Made by a program: the position numbers and the translations under genes
Assembly: GCA_023205875.1 (NCBI GenBank)
Contig: CP060767.1
Coordinates: 310,001-374,000, forward strand
DNA: 64,000 nucleotides
Source: Chloropicon primus
Lineage: Eukaryota
Direction: 5' to 3'
Part shown: positions 23,202 to 34,131 of the stretch, piece after piece
Numbering within the stretch: the first letter of the stretch is position 1
How the letters are laid out: every line of letters starts with the position of its first letter
Notes under the pieces: generated by a model
Told to the model about the DNA's origin: nothing
The model's database searches: none
The model's input: only the letters and a program-made list of their open reading frames with translations

Positions 23202-23423
23202 TTCAGCCGGCGGGTCAAAACTTTGCCGATGCCGTCAACCAAGGTATGATTGGAAAGATCTCGAGACGCCCTTTCGTGTGATGCCCTCGCCGCGCGCTTC
23301 TTCTCCTCTCCTCTGCTCAAACTTTGGCTTCCAAGGGTCGCCTCTCTCTCTCTCTCTCTCTCTCTCGCCTCTGTGAGGAGCCAAAGATTCTAACGCACAG
23401 TGGAGTCGGCGGAGGGGAGGAGG

Positions 23424-25803
23424 ATGGTGGCCAAGGTCTTTCGTAATGCATGTTTGTCCTCGATGAGGAGGCTCGGTAACGTCCGAGGAGGGCCCGTGGC
23501 ATGGTCCTGTCCCTTGGTTTGCTCCTCTCGTTCCCTTTTGTGCCAAGAGAACGGGAAGAAAGCGTCTCGTAACTGCCATTACTCTTGGCAGCCGCCGCCT
23601 CGAGGAGGAGGAGAAGGAGGAGCCTGTCGTCATGCAGGTTTGCTCTCGATGAGGAGGCTCGGTAACGTCCGAGAAGGGTCTGTGGCATCGTTCTGGGGCT
23701 TGGTGCCGTCCTCCGCCTCGCTCCTGCGCCAAGAGAGCGGGAAGAAAGCGTCTCGTAACTGTCATGACTCGTGGCCGCTGCCTCGAGGAGGAAGCAGAGC
23801 CTACGTTACATCGAGGGTGTTGACGTCTGGCAAGGGGGAGGGGGAGGGTGGTTCCTGGAAGGGGGTTGTTGCTGCAGCATTCGCGAGCGGGGTCGGTGCG
23901 GGGTTCGCCTTGAGCGAGGCCAAGACCCAAAACTTTGGGTTGGGGAGCCGCGGCGATGCCGCGCTGAGGTTGCCTCTCGAAGGAGCAGCAGGGGGAGGGA
24001 GGGAGGACGCGGGTGACTCCATGGAGGGCACCGGTGACGATGGGTACGAGCTGAAGATCGAAGGGCACCCAAGGACCCAGGTCGAGGCGAGGCGGAGGAA
24101 GGAGGCGGAGGAGGAGGCCAAGGAGGAGGCCGCGCCCGGGGAGGACAGCGGTCCGCGCCAAGTTTGGTTCGGATTCAAGCAAGTCCCGAAGAGAGACGAG
24201 GGTGGCATCCACAACCTGTACGAAATCAAAGACCAGCTTGGCGAGGGGAGCTTTGGGCGGACTTACGGCGCACTGGACAAGGGGACGGGGCAGGAAATCG
24301 CCCTGAAGATTCTGCCAAAGTCCATGATCTCGTGCGCCGACAGCATCGAAGACGTGGACAGGGAGGTGGAAATCATGAAGCAGCTGAGCGGGCACAAGAA
24401 CATCATAGAATTTTACGAGGCGTTTGAAGACAAAGACACCGTCTTCATCGCGATGGAGGTTTGCCGTGGCGGGGAGCTCTACGACGCGGTGCAGGAGCGC
24501 AAGGGCAATTACTCTGAGAAAGAAGCAGCGTCAATCATCATGCAAATTCTCAAGGTAATCGCCCTCTCGACGAGACTCCCGAGGTACTTGGGAGCAAAGC
24601 GGACCACTGTGGAGCCGCCCATTTCAGTTCTGACGCAACTCCTTTTCTCTCTTTTGTTTTGTTTTCTTTTTGTTTTGGTTCGCGGCGCAGGTTTTGGCGC
24701 ACTGCCACAACAATGGCATCGTCTACTGCGACGTGAAGCCCGAGAACTTCTTGTACCTCAACGAAGATCGAAAGGTCATCAAAGCCATCGACTTTGGTCT
24801 CAGCCGCCACTTCACGCCTTTGGGAAGAGCCCTGAGAAAGCCCAGAGGTACGGCGTACTACGTGGCGCCCGAAGTCATGAGGTTCGAGTACGGCCCGGAG
24901 GCGGACATGTGGAGCTTGGGCGTTATCGCGTATCTGTTGCTGAGCGGAAACGTGCCTTTCTCGGGCGAGAGCGATACCCAGATACTGAAGCAAGTCATGT
25001 CAGGGAAGAAGAAAATTGATTTGGAGTCCGGGCCATGGAGGAAAGTGAGCGAGGAGGCGAAGAGCTTTCTCCGAGGATTGCTGACGAGGAACGTCGGTCT
25101 TCGCATGACGGCCTTTCAAGCGCTGAGTCATCCGTGGCTCAGGGGAGAGCATGCTTTGGACATTGAGGACTTGGTCGATGCCGCTGCGATCTCTTCCCTG
25201 CACGCGTTCGCAAAGTACGGGAGGATGAGGAGGCTCGCGTTGAGGGCGGTGGCCGGCGTCATCGCCGATTCTGACATCAAGGTGGACGACTTGAAGTTTC
25301 AGTTCAACGCTTTCGACCAGGGCAACGACAACGTGATAAGCAAGGAAGAGTTAAAGTCCGCGCTCGAGAAAACGACATGGAAGCACACCGACAAGGAAAT
25401 CATCGAGCTGCTGGAAGCCATTCACTGTTACACGTACGGGCCCTTCAGACAAAAGTCTACTGGGGCTCAGATAGACTACAAGGAGTTCTTGGCCGCCACG
25501 ATGAGCATGCCTCAGCTCGAGAAGAAGATCCAGGACAAGGACCAGTGGCGAAAAATACTGAGGAGGGCGTTCCAAGTGTTCGACAGGGATGGGGACGGCG
25601 TGATCTCAAGGGAAGACTTGCGCTTGTGCTTGACCTCAGACCGGGGGAACGAGGACGCCCTGATTCGCGAGTGCATGGAGGAGGCCGACACTTCCAAGTC
25701 GGGCAGGATATCTTTCTCAGATTTCATTGCCTTGCTCCACCTGCACGATCCAAGCTCAAATAGCAGGTATGGCTACGTCAAGACTCCCTCCAACACAAAG
25801 TAG
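23424..25803 (+). CDS. Calcium-dependent protein kinase (CDPK-like) with EF-hand domain and long N-terminal extension; exons 23424-24554 and 24691-25803
   Basis: GEGSFG, ALK, EDVDREVEIM, GGELYD, DVKPENFL, DFGLS and YYVAPE, the junction MRRLALRAVA, and EF-hands such as DRDGDGVISREDL. GTAAT..GCAG intron is in frame. Confidence 0.92.
23452..23792 (+). repeat. In-frame tandem duplication (period ~186 nt, 62 codons) in the CDPK N-terminus
   Basis: Two copies of LSMRRLGNVR.G.VA...SLL.QE.GKKASRNCH.SW...PRGG at about 23452-23609 and 23638-23792. Confidence 0.9.
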
Positions 25804-25872
25804 GTAGCTTGTCGTCCGTTGGGTTGTTGGGTTGTTGGTTGGTTGTGTAAATACAATTTTTTTTTAGTTTTG

Positions 25873-28370
25873 TTACAGAAAATGCAACTTGCTTGGAAGC
25901 ATCCAAGGGTAGTCCTCATCTCGCTTCAGATTCCTTTGCCTGATAATCTTTTCCACCTTGTCCATGTTGCTCTCAAAAACTCTGATGCACTCGAGGGCCT
26001 TTGGGTCCGAGACGTAGCTCTTCACCTTGTTGTCCTGAGCCTTGGAGGAAAGCGCGGCCGTGCACTCCTTGAAATTCGACAGGGTGAACAGGATCGCAAC
26101 CGCAGACACCGTGGCCCCCTTCGAGGGCAGGTGCTCCAAGAACTCCTTCTCTGTCATAGGCTCCTCGGGCTTCTCGTACGGGGCCATCTCACTCATGAAC
26201 ACGGGCCGATCCGGAATGAACGCCATGCTCTCGTACAGTCCCTTGAGCAAGCCCATCTGGTAGCCCGTGCACAGCCAAATGATTGTGGTGGCCATGGTGA
26301 CCAAGTCTTCCTTGGAGGAGAGTTTCAGCGCCTCCATCTCCTCCTCGTCACCGTCCTCGCGGTCGTACAGGGAGGAAGAGTTCTTAAGGAAGTTCTGGAC
26401 CTCGTAGTCATCCTCCACAGCCTGGTCGTCCGCGTAATAGCAGCCAATGTAGCTGGTCACGAAATCAGATATGGTGCACCAGATGAGGAGGCCATCGTCT
26501 CTGTACGGGTACTCCGGAAGCTTATCCGTTCCATCGAGTCCCCTCATCGCGAGCGTGGTCGGGAACCCCATGTCCTCCAGGCTCCACCCCTCCACCGCTT
26601 CCTTGAGGAGTTCCACGCACCCCTCCTCTCCAAGAGGGAAGAGGCCCTCGAGAATCCCAGAGTCCCCGAAGAAGGCCTGCCTCATCATCGTCCCCTCCGA
26701 GCACTTGTACCTCAAGTAAGGGTACAGGAGCTTCCAGATCGGGTGCAAGCTGGACAGGCTCTCGTGCAGACTGATCGCAAAAGGCTCCAGGGCAACCACG
26801 GAGTTCAGCAGCAGGGAGACCGTGATGTGCACCTGGACGTCTGCACTCGAGATGTAGCACTTTGCGAGCTGCCAAAGCCAAGGGTCGTCCAGGGGGGTGT
26901 ACACAGGCGATTCGCTGTCTGTGGCGTCCAAGGTGATCACCAGGGGAAGCAGGGTCATCACATTGGACGAGAATCGCCTCTCCGGATCGTCTGCGAGGTA
27001 AAAGACGCAGAGCGGACCGAGCGCGAGGTGCTTCCCCTTGTCACCCGCATCGATTGTCGAATAAAAGCTCGAGACGTTCTCCAAGTCGAGGATGAATATC
27101 CTGCCATGCGCGATCTCTTGCATCACGTGTTTGTTGATCCTGCTGGTGCCCTCCTGGAGACCCGCGAGCGCCTCGGTGAACTCCCTCTTCCTCATCAGCC
27201 AATCTGGGAGCTGGCTCACGTCCTTGCAAGCCACGAGCATCTCGGCGTGGGGCCCCTGAAGGAACTGCCTGGCAAAGTGGACGTCATTCCTCCAATACGA
27301 TTTGTTGAAGGCCGAGATGCAATGAGGTGGCGGCAGGGCAGCGCCCCGCTGACCATCCTCCCTGCCCGCGTCGGGCGCGGTCGTCCTCGCTTCCGTCGGC
27401 CAAACTCTCGACACGAGGGCGTTCTCAGCGTCCACGCTGGACCCCTCCTCTCTCTGGTGGCTGATGCACTGCCACTTGGCCTTGGCCCCGTCCTCCCCGG
27501 TGGAGGAGGCAATCGCATCCAGCCCCGTTGCCACGACGATGCCCGCCGCCTGGGCTTTGAGATCAATGATTCCCGTCTGGTGCTCTGGCAGCAAGTCTTC
27601 GTCTCCAGCCACGTTCCAAACGCTCGGCAGACCTTCCCTGAACTCCCCCAGCTCATACTCATCGCCCTTCTCCACCAGCTCTCTGGCTCTCCACTTTCGA
27701 AGGTGGAACGGCGTCTCCGAGGGCAAGTAAGACTTTCCTTCGTAAAAGTGCTTCTCCGTTCCGAAGAGCACATTGCAGTGGCAGGGAAAGATATAAGTGC
27801 GCTCCTCTGTGCACTTCAGACCGCCGCTCATGGTCTTCCTCACCCGAGCTTGCTGCACTCTGAGGTTCGCCTTGGCGTCCGCTCCCGTGTTCTTCACCCA
27901 GAAGATTTGGATGTCGCCGTAGACCACGTCATCGCGGAACTGAATGCGCACACGCAGAGATGATGTTTCGGTCAGTTACCCCAATCCCAACGGCGTAACC
28001 GACGGCGACCCGAGCTGCTTACCTCGAAAGAGTACCTGTACGCTGTCCCTCCCAAGCCTGTGACCTTGGCGTCGAAGACTTGCGTCGACGTCTTCAACTC
28101 CTCCTTCGTCCTGAACTCTTTGCTGCCATCGAAGTAGAAGTCATTCCTCTGGTCGCTTGCTATCTTTGCAGGGTAAATCCTTGGCGAGTAACTGTTCGTT
28201 CCCTTGAAGTACAAGGCCAAGTTGTTGCTCAGCTTCTTGTTCTCCGGCGGTGCGATGAAGTCCAGCTCTATGTAGTACCTCTCTCCCCTCAAGTCAACCT
28301 TCTCCTCCCTCCCCTTGCCACCATCCAATACGGAGGCGTTGCTCGACGGGCTAGAAGCGGCAGCTCCCAT
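25873..28370 (-). CDS. PLAT plus lipoxygenase-fold protein lacking the iron ligands (pseudo-lipoxygenase); exons 28370-28023 and 27939-25873 (~804 aa)
   Basis: LOX blocks FARQFLQGPH, WQLAK, EPF, HPIWKLL and YPYRDDGLLIW..I..FV..Y.DD..V..D.EVQ, a PLAT-like region ending YIFPCH, and MGAAAS at the N-terminus. GTAAG..CAG intron is in frame. Confidence 0.85.
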
Positions 28371-29105
28371 CCTTCACTCCTCAATGGATTCCCTCCCCTG
28401 CTGTCTCTCAAAGTCTATCCAAAATCAATCAAACCTCTGTCTCCTGCTCAAGGTTGTTGTCTCTTGCTCTTCCAGCGAAGCGAAGCGTCCATGGATGGCT
28501 TCCACAACTGCACGATGCCTTCGTGGTGCCAGGCTCCGTCCAAAGATTGAATCTTTGCTCCACCTTCCTGCTGCCTTCCCTCTTCACTGCCAACACAAAC
28601 CATAGGGCGCAAACATATTCTTGGTCAGTGGTTCAACCCCTCCACACTGCCTTGCGTTGTTCCCTGGAGGTTGAGGGAGGTGCTCTCAAGAGCAAACGAA
28701 AAACAAAACCAAGAAGAACACATCCTGTGCGGTTCCTTGCTCATCCCTGCGTCCTGTGCTGTCCCCTCTCCCCTCCCTCCAGGAGTTTCCTCTCACCTGC
28801 TCCACCCAAGTGGCTTCCGCCTCCGACCCTGGTCGAGTCCTGGTGCCAATGGCGTCAAACGACCGCTCTTTCGAAAGATCTCAAGATGATCTTTCTGAAA
28901 ATATCACCTTCTGCACCTAAAACTCTCGCTGGTGGCCACAATCTCCGCCTGAAGTCACACCTCTCGCTTCACTTCACCCTCACCTGCCTGCTGCTGTGGG
29001 GGAGTCAAACTGCAAAAAGGAATTCCTCGCATGCAGTGCCCTTTCTGCGACGAGCGGCGACGGATCAAGGAGCTTTTAGGAGGAGAGAACGTCGAGGAAA
29101 GGACG

Positions 29106-29355
29106 AAAGGAGGGTACTGAACGAAAGGGCATCTCGAGATCTTTCCAAGGAGCCCTCACTCGACCCATGTGGTGCTCAGATTGGTCGAGGCATCGAGTTT
29201 TGGTCCAGAAAGTGAAGGGAAAAGTGCCCGAGTGACCCACCTTGTTGAGGACGGTGACTTCGAAAGAGGTGACGAGAGGAGGAGAGGAGGGTACGAGACG
29301 AAGTGGTGACTCCCGATCTATCCATTACGCGGTCGCACGCTTTGTTTGACTCCAG
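29106..29355 (+). repeat. Dispersed ~250-bp upstream element, copy B (before the ALKBH8 ATG)
   Basis: Colinear with 9672-9921. Its 29121-29148 segment also matches the reverse complement of 23250-23277 at 27 of 28 nt. Confidence 0.85.
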
Positions 29356-29376
29356 TGCATGCATCCGTAGCCTCGG

Positions 29377-31242
29377 ATGAGCATCGCGATGGAGGAGAAA
29401 CCTGGTGAGAAGATGGCTGCGGAGGAGTGGCAAGGGACGTGGCGTCGTCCAGGGAAGGAGGGAGATGGGAATGGCGAGGAGGCGACGCGGTACCTCCTGA
29501 TTGGTAACGTCGGTCCTTCGAGTGGCGTCTCCGTGGAGGCATTGAGGGATCACTTGGCGACCATGAAGGTTGAAGCTGTTGTGCCACCTCGGGAGAGTGG
29601 CAAGGGGAAGAGGAGCAAGAGGAGCAAGGGTGGGAAGGCTGCAACGTACGTTTTTGCGGCCTTTGGGAGCGCAACGGACGCGAAGGTGGCGAAAGGGAAG
29701 CTTTCTGGTGATGGAATCGGTGATGTGAAGGTTATGGTGGAGTACGCGGTGTATTGTCCACCCAAGGAGAAGCCCAAGGTGAGCGAGGAGTACGTGCGGC
29801 TGCGCGCGGAGGACTTGGGAATTGATGGGCTCTACCTGTTGAAGGACTTCGTCTCGGAGGAGGAGGAGAGGGGCTTGCTCTCGGGTCTGGACGAGTCGGG
29901 GGAGTGGAAGTGCCTGGCGAGGAGGCGCGTGAAACACTTTGGGTTCGAGTTCGACTACAGCATCAGGGGGGTCCACCCGAACAAGGAGATTGTTGCGTTC
30001 CCTCCCTGCATCGAGCCCATCACGGATCGCATCGCGGGTGTGAAGGAGATCACCAACGAGCGCTTCGACCAGCTCACCGTGAACGAGTACCCCATGGGCG
30101 TGGGCCTGTCGCCTCACGTCGACACTCACTCCGCGTTTGCTGGAGACATCCTTTCCCTCTCTCTCGGGTCCTCAGCGGTCATGGAGTTCCGAAAGGGCGA
30201 GGACCACAGGAGGCTCTTCGTCCCGAGGAGGTCTCTGCTGGCGATGACAGGGGAGTCGAGGCTGGCGTGGCAACACTACATTCCCCACAGGAAGACGGAC
30301 AAGGTCGGCGCCAAAGTCGTGAAGAGGACGATGAGAACCTCAATCACCTTCAGGACCGTGAGGAAGCAGGGGGGCTGCTCGTGCCCCTTCCCGGAGCAAT
30401 GCGACAGCCAAGGCGCTGCCCTGCCGCCGACAAGGATGCTTGAGAAAAGTCAGCAGCAGCAGCAAGCTGAGGCGGAGTCCATGCTGGAGAAGGCGAGAAA
30501 GTTTCCCGAGATGGAGAAGGACCACGTCCACGGGGTGTACGATTGCATTGCGGGCCACTTCAGCTCCACCAGATTCGCCATCTGGCCGGAAGTCAAGCGG
30601 TTTCTGGACGGAATGCCCGAGCACTCCCTCGTTGGCGACATCGGGTGCGGCAACGGGAAGTACTTCGGCGCAGCGAAGCATTGCCGCGTCGTCGGCGGGG
30701 ATTTGAGCTTTGAGTTGGTGCAGCTGTGCAAAAACAGGGGCCACGAGGTCGTGCAGCTGGACGTCGTGAGGCCTCCGTATCGTCAGAATCTCTTTGACGG
30801 CGTGATATCGATAGCGGTGCTGCATCACATGAGCACCTTTGAGAGGAGGCTTGCCGCCATGACCAGCATTGTAAATTTGTTGAGACCAGGGGGTCTAGCC
30901 TTGGTGACCGTGTGGGCCATGGAGCAAGAAGAAGTCAAAAAGATGAAGAAGTGGAAGGAATTGAGTCACGGCGACAGCCGTGAAGGTGCTAGCGTGCCCG
31001 TCCTCGGGAAGGACTATTTGGTTCCGTGGAGTGTGCCATTCCACCGTCCGGAAGCGGGCGAGGTTGCGAAGCAATCTGGAAAAGTGGATGAACAGAAGGG
31101 CCTCGTCGTTTTCGAGAGATTCTACCACGTCTTCGAAAGAGGTGAGCTCGAGTATCTTGTAAATTACATACCTAATGTTACAGTCATGAGGTGCGTCTAT
31201 GACAGAAGCAACTGGTGCATCACAGTGAGGAGGGACACGTGA
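29377..31242 (+). CDS. ALKBH8: ALKBH8/TRM9 tRNA wobble-uridine modification enzyme (RRM-like, AlkB dioxygenase, Cys-rich and methyltransferase domains)
   Basis: RRVKHFGFEFDY, DQLTVNEY, PHVDTHSAF, WQH, RTSITFR, CSCPFPEQCD, VYDCIAGHFSSTR, DIGCGNGKY, SIAVLHH and RFYHVF...SNW. Confidence 0.95.
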   Translation: MSIAMEEKPGEKMAAEEWQGTWRRPGKEGDGNGEEATRYLLIGNVGPSSGVSVEALRDHLATMKVEAVVPPRESGKGKRSKRSKGGKAATYVFAAFGSATDAKVAKGKLSGDGIGDVKVMVEYAVYCPPKEKPKVSEEYVRLRAEDLGIDGLYLLKDFVSEEEERGLLSGLDESGEWKCLARRRVKHFGFEFDYSIRGVHPNKEIVAFPPCIEPITDRIAGVKEITNERFDQLTVNEYPMGVGLSPHVDTHSAFAGDILSLSLGSSAVMEFRKGEDHRRLFVPRRSLLAMTGESRLAWQHYIPHRKTDKVGAKVVKRTMRTSITFRTVRKQGGCSCPFPEQCDSQGAALPPTRMLEKSQQQQQAEAESMLEKARKFPEMEKDHVHGVYDCIAGHFSSTRFAIWPEVKRFLDGMPEHSLVGDIGCGNGKYFGAAKHCRVVGGDLSFELVQLCKNRGHEVVQLDVVRPPYRQNLFDGVISIAVLHHMSTFERRLAAMTSIVNLLRPGGLALVTVWAMEQEEVKKMKKWKELSHGDSREGASVPVLGKDYLVPWSVPFHRPEAGEVAKQSGKVDEQKGLVVFERFYHVFERGELEYLVNYIPNVTVMRCVYDRSNWCITVRRDT

Positions 31243-31256
31243 GTACCCCCGGGTCC

Positions 31257-34131
31257 CTAGGTCGTAGTATTTTCAGACGAGGAGCTTCCGGGGTACTCTT
31301 TCATCTTGAGGGAGATCTGCTCGAACAGGGATATGCACTCTGCATTGAATCCACGAACAAACTGATGCACGCGGAAGGCAAACCTTACAGCGCTCACCAG
31401 CAAGCTGTTGATCCTCAGCTTGGCATTTGGGGTCCTAAACGAATCAAAGCAATAACGCAATCTTAGTCGTCAGTAAAGAAAAAAGGAAATTCGTTTCGCC
31501 TCGGCAAGAAATTCTCGCTTACCCTTGCTCCTCCAGTTTCTGCACATCCCCGAGAATCCGCTTCAAGTACAGTTTGCAGAGACTCAACGTGGATATCTTC
31601 GTTCCCGAGACGATCGAGTCCTCCCATGGAATTCCGTGCTCCCTGTATCTCGTTGCGGACTTTTCGTGGGAGACCACGAACCTCTCTATCTTCTTCTGCA
31701 CCTTGTCAAAATAGGCAGAAATCTTTGAGCACTCCACTTCGCAGGGCTCACTCCCGCATTTCCAATTGGCGCAGTGGTCTTTCACGGTCGACATTTCGAC
31801 GTGAGATGCAGTTGCCTCCCTCATCGTGTCGTACTTGGCCTCAGGCCACTCGAAGTTCTTGAGCACCGCCCTCTCATCCGTGAGGATGGACAGGGCGTAG
31901 TCAATCCTGTTGACAAAAGACGCGAGTCCATCCATGTCCTTCGCCTTCAATTTGTTGATCTCCTTGATCAAATCTCGGATGAAGTCGCCATAGTAGTCCA
32001 CGTCCGCTTTGATGTTGTTCACGTAACTCGACTTTCCCGCCATCTCTGCAAACATTTGGGATGAATCACCAGCTCCAGAGGCCTGGCTCGTGGAAGCCCG
32101 CCTTGGACCCCCGGTGCCAGACGTCGGGCCAATCAGAGCTTTCCTCAGGTCCTGGTACATCGCAACCACTTGGGGGGCTCTGGTCAAGTCGCTGTTGGCA
32201 GCCTTTCGTGCGCCCCCAGGCGGTGGAGGCGGTGGCGGTGCGGCAGAGCCTCTCCTCCCTCCCGGCGGAGGTGGTGGAGGCGGTGGTCCTCCCTTGCCAG
32301 GGGCAGGAGGTGGCGGTGGCGGCATGATCGGGCCAGAGATCTTTGGAGCTCCCGCTGATGCTGGCGCGCGCCCGCGCTTTTGCGCAGCCTTGCTCGCTTC
32401 CTTGATGTCCTTCAGAACGTTCTGCATTTCGCTCTTGGACTTCTTCGTTTTCGGCTTGCTTGGGCTTCCAGAGGCACTCGCCTCGGGGGTCTGCCCGGTT
32501 TTGCTGGGAGAGAATTTCATCTGGTCCGCCAGAATCTGCTGCTTTTGCTTGAGCTTGTCATTCACCTGCACTTTCGCGGGCGATCCCCTCCCCGCCCTCT
32601 GCTTCTGCTTCTCCCCCCCGCTTGCCCTTTCCTTCTCCTTGTTCTCATTTCCCCTCCCGATGAACCTCTTGATGCTCTTGCTTATCTTGCGACCAATGGT
32701 TTTCGGTTCCTCCTTCTCTTTCTCCTCGTCGCCAAACCTTTGCTTGAGCTCCTGAACCACGGTCACAGGCATCGCGCGAGCTCCCTTGAGATCGCCCTCC
32801 ACTATTTTTTCCATCAGTTCGCTCACGATGCTCTCGTGTATTTGCTGGACTTGCTCCTTCCCCAGGTCCTCGCTCGCGATAAACTCGTCGACCGCCTTGA
32901 GCTCACTTGCGGCGTATTGGATCAGCTCCCTCTGCTGCTTCACCTTCCTCAGGTCATTGTCCACGTCAGAGTGCTTCCTCGAAAGGTCGGCGATCTTTTC
33001 CCAAGCGTTCGAACCGTGCACGACGTCCACCGCGGTCATCTGCTCGGACAGGCTCTCGCTCTTGTCCTCGAGCCGCTTCTGCGACTCGCCCAGCTGGACC
33101 AAAACTCCCTCCAAGTCCCTCTTGAGCTCGTCGATCGCCCTGAGACCCTCGTCCCTCTCCCTGAGCACGGTCTCCGAGCTGATCCTCAAGTCGCGCCTCT
33201 CCTGCTGCACGGTGTGCATCTCCATCTCAAGCTTCGAGAGCTCCATCACCGCCTTGATCGTCTGGTCGTCGTCCTGGTACGTCGCCTGCCGATAGTTCTC
33301 ACGAGTCGACAGCTCCAGGGCCCTCGCGAGTTGCTCCTCGTAATCGTCCTCCGCCGCCGCGCTGGTCGACGCCCCACTCCCCGGGGTCGAAAACACGGAC
33401 TGGAGCCCCCGCTCCGGCGTAGCTGGAGTCGACGACGCCCCTTCCACCGCGTGCGACAGGAGCGAGCCATCCGACTCGAGCCACTGTGATCCGTAGTCCT
33501 GTGCAATGCTAAGAATCTGCAAAAACTTGTTGCTGATGCTGACCCACTCCGGGCTTCTCCGTCCCTCGTTCGCGGCGACCTGCGCCCAATCCACCAGACA
33601 TTTGGACACCTGCTTGACAACCTCCTGGTGGCTTATGTGCTGCTCGAGGGCTCTGACCAGAGCGGTGGTGAATCCCTCGGACGAGAAACGGCGCAGCAGC
33701 ATCAGCACTGTCGGCGTCCCTTTGAAGTTCTGCGTGATGTTATCACTGTACATCAAACTCGACAAGCATATCTAATTGTTGGTTGGTAAGAAAAAAAATA
33801 ACGCCCATCCCCCATCCCCCACCAACAACCACAAGTGTGACAAGCAGAAGAGCAAACAGGGAGTCAGCATGCCGAAGGAAACTGGCTGGGAATCGGGCGT
33901 TACGCCCCATTCGCGTCCGTTACGTACCTGCGCGTCGTCGCTCTTGAGTCCGTCGTGTAGCGCGTCGAAGGCGCTCTGGTGGTTCTCCGAAAGTAAAGTG
34001 GAGAACTTGATGAGGTTGTCCCAATGGAAACCTTTCCTGACAAGAGACACGAGCTCGTCGTACTGTCCGTCGTCGTGTCGTTCGGAGGCTCCCGTCCCTC
34101 TCGGTTCACTGCTCGACCCCTCACCACGCAT
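31257..34131 (-). CDS. CHUP1 C-terminal-domain protein with N-terminal VHS/ENTH-like helical region, two UIM-like motifs, coiled coil and poly-proline; exons 34131-33928, 33771-31523 and 31461-31257
   Basis: CHUP1-C signatures RAPQVVAMY, KSSYVNNIKADV..YGDFI and LTDERAVLKNFEWPEAKYDTMREA, and in the last exon AVRFAFRVHQFVRGF. Three poly-Pro tracts. EEQLARALELS is a UIM. All splice junctions are canonical and in frame. The start may extend upstream. Confidence 0.85.

Noticed and set aside
25819..27963. Long antisense ORFs (e.g. 714 aa opposite the LOX-like gene, 634 aa at 34904-36808, 429 aa at 17640-18929)
   Set aside because: They are shadows of GC3-rich coding strands with no recognisable motifs.
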